Assembly: GCA_036522895.1 (NCBI GenBank)
Contig: DATDEX010000286.1
Location: forward strand, 3,929-67,928
Direction: 5' to 3'
DNA from: Candidatus Eiseniibacteriota bacterium
Lineage (GTDB): Bacteria; Eisenbacteria; RBG-16-71-46
DNA length: 64,000 nucleotides
Shown: positions 58,347-64,000 of the stretch, one piece after another
Position numbering within the stretch: the first letter of the stretch is position 1
How the letters are laid out: the number at the start of each line of letters is the position of its first letter
Program-made: the position numbers and the translations under genes
Notes under the pieces: model-generated
Database searches by the model: none
Told to the model about the DNA's origin: nothing
The model's input: the letters and a program-made list of their open reading frames with translations, nothing else

Positions 58347-60992
58347 GTGAACGCCGAACGCTGGGAACGAGTCCAGGCTGTATTCCACGAAGCGCTCGGG
58401 CGCCCGCCGGGTGAGCGGCGTGAATTCGTACTCTCGCGCACAGGTGGGGACGCGGATCTCGCGAACGAAGTGCTGGCGCTCGTGGCCGCGGACGAACGTG
58501 AGGACTCGCTGCTCGACCGCGGACTCGATCCCATCGCGGCCGGCATGCTCGCGAGCGACTCGCAGCCGCCTCGGCAGATCGGCCGTTACCAGCTGGGCGC
58601 GATGCTGGGCGAGGGCGGGATGGGCGTGGTCTATACGGCCACGCGCCCCGATCTCGGGCAGCGCGTCGCCATCAAGATCCTCCGCGATGCCTGGCTCTCG
58701 CCCGCGCGACGCGAACGCTTTGCGGTCGAGCAGGCGATGCTGGCCCGCCTCGAGCACCCGTCGATCGCGCGCCTGCTCGATGCCGACACGCTGTCCGACG
58801 GCACCCCGTGGTTCGCAATGGAGTACGTCGACGGCGAGTCGTTGACGCGCTTCTGCGCTGTGCAGGGCCTCTCGATCCGCGCGCGCGTCGAGTTGGTCCG
58901 CGAAGTGTGCGAGGCGGTGCAGCACGCGCACGAGCACGCGGTGATGCACCGCGATCTCAAGCCGTCGAACATCCTGATCACGAGAGACGGCCGGCCCAAG
59001 CTGCTCGACTTCGGGATCGCCAAGTCGCTCGAGGTGGTGGAGTCGGGAGCCCAGCGGACGCGTACGGAGCTGCGGCTCATGACGCCGGCCTACGCAGCCC
59101 CCGAGCAATTCCTGGGCGAAGGTCAGGGCGTGCACACTGACGTCTACGCTCTGGGCGCGATCCTCTACGAGCTGCTCACGGGCAGGGTGCCCATCGACCT
59201 GCAGGGACGCACACCGACCGAGCAAGCCACGATGGTGCTCGAGCAGGAGCCGGAGAAGCCTTCGGCCATCGCGAGGCGGGGCGGCGTGGCGACGCCGGAG
59301 CGCGGCGTGTCGTGGTCCGACCTCGACGTGATCTGCCTGACCGCGCTCCAGAAGGATCCCGCGCGCCGTTACCGCTCGGTCGAATCGCTCGTGCGCGACC
59401 TCGATCACTATCTTCGCGGCGAGCCACTCGAAGCGCGGCCGGACACGATCGTCTATCGCACCGGCAAGTTCGTCCGCCGCCACTGGCGGCCACTCGCAGT
59501 AGCGGCCGCCGTGGTGATCGCGGTGGCGGCGCTCGTGACGGCATATACGCTGCGTCTGCGATCCGCGCGCAACGCAGCTCTCGCCGAGGCGCGTCGCACG
59601 CGACAGATCCAGGGCTTCATGAACGACCTGCTCTCGGGAAGCGACCCTGACGCCGGACCGTCGGACACGTTGCGCGTGGTCGACCTGCTCGAGCGCGGCG
59701 CCGCCAAGGCGAGCGAGTTCGCGGCGGAGCCGGCGATCCAGGGCGAGCTGTACCAGACGATCGGCACGATGTTTGGGCTGCTCGGGCGCACTGCGGAGTC
59801 GGACTCGATGCTGAGCGCGGCGCTGCGCGTGCGGCAGTCGAGGCTCGGCCGTGAGCACCCCGACGTGGCGCGCAGCCTCGTGAGTCTCGGGGAGCTGCGC
59901 CTGGGACAGCTGCGGCCGGACGAAGCCGAACGGCTGGTCCGCGAGGGGCTCGAGCTCACCCGGCGGCGCGCGGCCGAAGACCCGGAGGCGTTCGCGAGCG
60001 CTACGACCTCGCTGGGCAAGGTGCTCGCGGGGCGCGAAAGCTACGAGCGCGCGATTCCGGTGATCGAACAGGCGGTGCGCCTCGATTCGGTGGCGAATCT
60101 CTCCGAGCGGGAGCGCTCGAGAACGTTAGGCGAGTTGGCGGACGCCCACTATCACGCCGGCCACCTCGCGGTTGCGGATTCGCTGTCCCGCCTGGCACTC
60201 GCGATGGACCGGCGCGTCAACGGCGACCGGCATCCGTCCGTGGCCAGCGATCTCATGGACCTGGGGGTTTTCGAGCGCGATTTCGGTCGCCTGCCCGGTG
60301 CCGAGCGTCACTTCCGTGAGGCCTACGAGATCTACCGCGGCTGGTGGGGCGAGGATCACTTCGAAACCGCTTCGGCGCTCTCATCGCTGGGCGGGGTGCT
60401 CGTGGAGGAGAACAAGCTCGACGAGGCGCATGTCGTGCTCGACCGCGCACTCACCATCCGCGAGCGCTTCTACGGACCCGACCACCCCAAGGTGGCGCTG
60501 ACGCTCAACGACGTGGCCTACCTCGCCGAACACCAGCAGCGCTGGGCCGATGCCGAGGCCGCGTACCACCGGCAGATCGCAATCTACCGCAAGGCGTACC
60601 ACGATCATCACTCGTGGATCGGCGTGGCCTGGGCGAACCTCGGCACGATGGAGTACCACCGGAACCGCTTCGAGGTGGCCGAACGCTGCCTGCGTGAAGC
60701 GCTCAAGAGCTACGCCGGCACGCTGCCCGCGGGTCACGTCGAGGTCGCGATCGCCCACTTCAAGCTCGGTCGTATCCTGCTGAGGATTAAACAGACGACC
60801 GCTGCTGAGCGCGAGAGCCGAACCGCCTGCGACATGCTGATGAAGGCCGATCCGCAGGGGGACTGGCTGACCTCGGCCCGGGCCGACCTGGCAGCCGAAT
60901 ACCAGGCGTTGGGGCGGCCGGCGGAAGCTGCGAAGTACCGGGCACTTGCGACGGATTCGCTGGCCAAGCCGGCGTCAGTGGCGACCCGATGA
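58347..60992 (+). CDS. Ser/Thr protein kinase with C-terminal TPR-repeat domain
   Basis: LGEGGMGVVYTA, VAIK, HRDLKPSNILI, DFGIAK, APE. One TM helix (WRPLAVAAAVVIAVAALV), then about 450 aa of TPR-like repeats. GTG start assumed at 58347; the ORF is open from 58146. Confidence 0.8.
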   Translation: MNAERWERVQAVFHEALGRPPGERREFVLSRTGGDADLANEVLALVAADEREDSLLDRGLDPIAAGMLASDSQPPRQIGRYQLGAMLGEGGMGVVYTATRPDLGQRVAIKILRDAWLSPARRERFAVEQAMLARLEHPSIARLLDADTLSDGTPWFAMEYVDGESLTRFCAVQGLSIRARVELVREVCEAVQHAHEHAVMHRDLKPSNILITRDGRPKLLDFGIAKSLEVVESGAQRTRTELRLMTPAYAAPEQFLGEGQGVHTDVYALGAILYELLTGRVPIDLQGRTPTEQATMVLEQEPEKPSAIARRGGVATPERGVSWSDLDVICLTALQKDPARRYRSVESLVRDLDHYLRGEPLEARPDTIVYRTGKFVRRHWRPLAVAAAVVIAVAALVTAYTLRLRSARNAALAEARRTRQIQGFMNDLLSGSDPDAGPSDTLRVVDLLERGAAKASEFAAEPAIQGELYQTIGTMFGLLGRTAESDSMLSAALRVRQSRLGREHPDVARSLVSLGELRLGQLRPDEAERLVREGLELTRRRAAEDPEAFASATTSLGKVLAGRESYERAIPVIEQAVRLDSVANLSERERSRTLGELADAHYHAGHLAVADSLSRLALAMDRRVNGDRHPSVASDLMDLGVFERDFGRLPGAERHFREAYEIYRGWWGEDHFETASALSSLGGVLVEENKLDEAHVVLDRALTIRERFYGPDHPKVALTLNDVAYLAEHQQRWADAEAAYHRQIAIYRKAYHDHHSWIGVAWANLGTMEYHRNRFEVAERCLREALKSYAGTLPAGHVEVAIAHFKLGRILLRIKQTTAAERESRTACDMLMKADPQGDWLTSARADLAAEYQALGRPAEAAKYRALATDSLAKPASVATR

Positions 60993-61144
60993 CGGGTTTT
61001 CGAACGATCCTGCGCATTGGAGGGTGAGGGCGAAAACGCCCCGGCAACCGGAGTCTCGAGCATCGTAGAATCCCACGCTCTTCCAGTTTGCTGACAGTGA
61101 GCCTTGGAACAGCGCGGACCAACCACCCCAGAGGAGGCATAGCC

Positions 61145-62293
61145 ATGAACCGTCCAGGCCGCCTGGCGGCGATGATCGCCCTGATCGTGCTGACGTTGTC
61201 CCCACCTCGCGTCCGTGCGGACGAAGACGCGTGGAAGCCGTTCCTGACCGACAAGAAGGGCGTCGCCCAGCCGGTCCCGACGCCGATCACCGGCCTGAAG
61301 GACAAGGACTGGCTGCAGATCGGTTACACCGACTACTCCGGCTTCAAGCCGCGTCTGGGGGTGGCACTGTCCGAGGAGAAGACCGGAACCGGCAACCCGT
61401 ACGCGAGCGAATATGCGCGGATGCTGAGCAACATCTACGGCCGGCAGCAGGGGCAGGTGACCAATCCGTTCGACCACATCGAGGACATGGTGCGGCAGGC
61501 GCTCGGCGCCACCCGCCGCTTCACCATGGTGGAGCGCACCACCGCGACCAGCGACGTGACCGGCGAGCAGGACTTCGGCGCCAGCGGTCGGGCCGACAAG
61601 CAGACCGCCGCAAAGATGAGCCGGATGAAGGGGGCCGACTACATCGTCAAGGCCACCATCATCGAGCTGAATCCCGAGAAGGAGTCGCGCGACATCAAGG
61701 CGATCGCGGGCGGTGTCGGCATGAGCACGTTCGGGATTGGCAGCATCGGGCTGTCGGGCAAGGTGGCGTTTTGCCGGCTGAACGTGCGGCTCGTCAACGC
61801 CACGACCGGCGAGATCGCGCAGGACATGACGGTGGACGGCACTGCCGGCGGCTCAGGGCTGTCGTTCGGCGCCGGGCTGATCAGTGTCGGCACTCGCGGC
61901 GCGGCCGGAGGCGGCGCCGCCGTGGACAACAAGAAGTCCGCGGCGATCTCCGACGCGATGCAGGCGTGTGCCAACAAGATCGCATACTTCGTCGCCACCA
62001 AGTTCGAGGACCTGCCGTGGCAGGGCTCCGTGGCGAACGTGAACGGCGAGAAAGTGATCATCAACGCCGGCGCCAACGCCGGCCTGAAGATGGGCCAGAT
62101 TCTCACGCTGCTCTCGAAGGGCGAGCCGGTGATGGATCCCGACGACTCCACCAACGTTCTGGGCTACGACACCAGGGAGCTGGGCAACGTGCGGATCGTC
62201 GACGTGCAGGACCGGTTCGCCACGTGCGAGATGGTGGACAAGACGACCGGCGCCAAGCGCGGCGACATCGTGCGGATAGAGAAGAAGAAGTAG
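61145..62293 (+). CDS. CsgG-family outer-membrane lipoprotein-like protein (curli secretion channel homolog) with extended C-terminus
   Basis: Signal peptide MNRPGRLAAMIALIVLTLS. The core GADYIVKATIIELNPEKESRDIKAIAGGVGMSTFGIGS...VAFCRLNVRLVNATTGEI parallels E. coli CsgG GSIIGYESNVKSGGVGARYFGIGA...IAVNLRVVNVSTGEI. Confidence 0.65.
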   Translation: MNRPGRLAAMIALIVLTLSPPRVRADEDAWKPFLTDKKGVAQPVPTPITGLKDKDWLQIGYTDYSGFKPRLGVALSEEKTGTGNPYASEYARMLSNIYGRQQGQVTNPFDHIEDMVRQALGATRRFTMVERTTATSDVTGEQDFGASGRADKQTAAKMSRMKGADYIVKATIIELNPEKESRDIKAIAGGVGMSTFGIGSIGLSGKVAFCRLNVRLVNATTGEIAQDMTVDGTAGGSGLSFGAGLISVGTRGAAGGGAAVDNKKSAAISDAMQACANKIAYFVATKFEDLPWQGSVANVNGEKVIINAGANAGLKMGQILTLLSKGEPVMDPDDSTNVLGYDTRELGNVRIVDVQDRFATCEMVDKTTGAKRGDIVRIEKKK

Positions 62294-62400
62294 AGCAGTG
62301 CGCCAGGGGCCGGGCGAACGAAGCCCGGCTCCGGTTCGACGCCTGCTGCGTCGGTTGAATCAGCGCGCCGGGTGCGCCGCGATCAGAAAGAAGGCTCGTC

Positions 62401-63936
62401 GTGTCCCGAATGCCGCTGGCTGCCGCCACATCACTCTTACTGTTCTCACTCGCGGCGCCCTCTGCCCACGCGACTTTCCTTCAGCAGGGCGCGAAGTTGG
62501 TCGGCACCGGTGCGGTGGGCAATGCGTTTCAGGGATACTCCGTCTCGCTGTCCGCGGACGGGAACACCGCGATCGTGGGTGGGGCCAGCGACAAGATTGG
62601 CGCGGGAGCCACGTGGGTGTACACGCGCAGCGCCGGCGTCTGGAGCCAGCAGGGCGCAAAGCTGTTCGGCACGGGCGCGGTGGGCACTGCGGAGCAGGGA
62701 GTGTCCGTCTCGCTGTCCGCGGATGGGAACACTGCCGTGGTGGGCGGGTACGGTGACAACAGCAGCCGCGGAGCCGCGTGGATTTTCACCCGCAGCGCCG
62801 GCGTGTGGAGCCAGCAGGGCACGAAGCTGGTCGGCACGGGCGCGGTGGGATTTGCGCAACAAGGCGACGCCGTCGCGCTGTCCGCGGACGGGAACACCGC
62901 TGTCGTGGGTGGGAATTTCGACAACCATGGCGTTGGAGCCGTGTGGGTGTACACGCGCAGCGGCAGCGTCTGGAGTCAGCAGGGCACGAAGCTGGTCGGC
63001 GCGGATGCGGTGGGCATCGCGAACCAGGGATGTTCCGTCTCACTCTCCGCGGATGGGAACACTGCGGTCGTGGGTGGGAATGTCGACAACGCGAACGCGG
63101 GAGCGGCGTGGGTGTTCACCCGCACCGCCGGCGTGTGGAGCCAACAGGGCGCGAAGCTGGTTGGCACGGGCGCGGTGGGCGCTGCAGAGCAGGGACTGTC
63201 CGTCTCGCTGTCCGCGGATGGGAACACGGCTGTCGTTGGTGGGAGCCGCGACGACTCTGGCGAGGGAGCCGCCTGGGTGTACAACCGCACGGGTAGCGTG
63301 TGGGGCCAGCAGGGCGCGAAGCTGGTCGGCACGACCGCCGCGTTGAGCACCACGGCCCAGGGAGGATCCGTGTGGCTGTCCGCGGACGGGAACACCGCTG
63401 TCGTGGGTGGGGCCAGCGACAACGCTGGCGCGGGAGCCGCCTGGGTGTTCACGCGGAGCGCGGGCGTGTGGAGCCAGCAGGGCGCGAAGCTGGTCGGCAC
63501 GGGCGCAGCGGGCGCTGCGGGCCAAGGACGCTCCGTCTCGCTGTCCGCGGACGGGCTCACCGCCTTCGTGTGTGGGATTTTCGACAACTCTGGCGCGGGA
63601 GCCGCGTGGGTGTTCATGAGCGATGCCACCACCGGTGTCCCGCTCGAGCCGACGCCGCGGCCGGGCGTGCTGATGGCGACGCCCAACCCGTTCCTGTGCC
63701 AGACGTCCCTTCTGTTGACGCTGCCGGTGGCGGAGGACGTGGAGGTCTCAGTTTGGGATGTCAGCGGCCGCCTCGTTTGCCGGATGCCGCGGGCATCGAT
63801 GGCGGCAGGGCAGCATCCGATTCCATGGTTCGGACAGGATGACAGGGGCCAGCGCGTGAAAGCCGGTATCTATTTCGTGCATGTTCGCGGGAACTCTGGC
63901 CTGGACCTCTGCAAGACGGTCGTTCGGCTACGATAG
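62401..63936 (+). CDS. Secreted FG-GAP_2 tandem-repeat protein with T9SS C-terminal domain
   Basis: Signal peptide MSRMPLAAATSLLLFSLAAPSAHA. Seven 55-aa units VGTGAVGxAxQGxSVSLSADGNTAVVGG..DN.G.GAAWVFTRSAGVWSQQGAKL. CTD ending ...IYFVHVRGNSGLDLCKTVVRLR. Confidence 0.7.
   Translation: MSRMPLAAATSLLLFSLAAPSAHATFLQQGAKLVGTGAVGNAFQGYSVSLSADGNTAIVGGASDKIGAGATWVYTRSAGVWSQQGAKLFGTGAVGTAEQGVSVSLSADGNTAVVGGYGDNSSRGAAWIFTRSAGVWSQQGTKLVGTGAVGFAQQGDAVALSADGNTAVVGGNFDNHGVGAVWVYTRSGSVWSQQGTKLVGADAVGIANQGCSVSLSADGNTAVVGGNVDNANAGAAWVFTRTAGVWSQQGAKLVGTGAVGAAEQGLSVSLSADGNTAVVGGSRDDSGEGAAWVYNRTGSVWGQQGAKLVGTTAALSTTAQGGSVWLSADGNTAVVGGASDNAGAGAAWVFTRSAGVWSQQGAKLVGTGAAGAAGQGRSVSLSADGLTAFVCGIFDNSGAGAAWVFMSDATTGVPLEPTPRPGVLMATPNPFLCQTSLLLTLPVAEDVEVSVWDVSGRLVCRMPRASMAAGQHPIPWFGQDDRGQRVKAGIYFVHVRGNSGLDLCKTVVRLR
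62488..63650 (+). repeat. Seven tandem 165-bp intragenic repeats encoding the FG-GAP_2 units
   Basis: Unit starts at 62488, 62653, 62818, 62983, 63148, 63313 and 63486, all beginning GGC(G/A)CGAAGCTGGTCGGCAC. Units are about 80-90% identical at the nucleotide level. Confidence 0.8.
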
Positions 63937-64000
63937 GGGGGTGAGTTCAGGGTGACTTCGTCATCCCCGACCGAGTGTCCTGCTGTCTTTGTAAGCGGCC

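Noticed and set aside
62488-63650. Regular 165-bp periodicity that could be mistaken for a CRISPR array
   Set aside because: The units are contiguous with no spacers, are in-frame coding repeats of one protein, and have no associated cas genes or leader.
62446-63686. Several 85-236-aa ORFs on both strands across the FG-GAP_2 repeat region
   Set aside because: They are periodic shadow ORFs created by the 165-bp tandem repeats. Only the 62401-63936 frame has a signal peptide, coherent repeats and a CTD.

Overview
This is a 64-kb window of bacterial chromosome with very high GC content (about 70%), so every frame carries long shadow ORFs. I called genes from recognisable motifs and signal peptides rather than ORF length. 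The dominant theme is secreted proteolytic and envelope proteins: at least 13 proteins end in the same roughly 80-aa C-terminal sorting domain (T9SS Por_Secre_tail / FlgD-Ig-like; typical endings are LYFARVTQG..TRVIVQN and LYLARASQSG..TRVAVLR). They include two paralogous C25 (gingipain-type) peptidases, two Kelch beta-propeller proteins, FG-GAP and FG-GAP_2 repeat proteins, a purple-acid-phosphatase-like protein, a GH43-like beta-propeller and a BNR-repeat protein. Other supported genes are ychF, a family-B DNA polymerase, RidA, two POT-family peptide transporters, an S9 prolyl oligopeptidase, a PLP-dependent decarboxylase, an Asp/Glu racemase, two SET-domain proteins, three Hanks-type Ser/Thr kinases (one fused to an alpha/beta-hydrolase, one with TPRs next to an ECF sigma factor), a CsgG-like lipoprotein, a PAS-GAF sensor histidine kinase (HisKA_3) in an operon with a NarL-type regulator, a sigma-54 enhancer-binding protein and a CheY-like receiver. 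Three gene-decay events sit in the window: a metallopeptidase with two in-frame stops, an Amt fragment and a frameshifted secreted protein. I found no CRISPR array, rRNA or intact tRNA. The lineage is probably Gemmatimonadota-like or related FCB-group, but that is an inference from GC content plus the CTD-sorting cargo.
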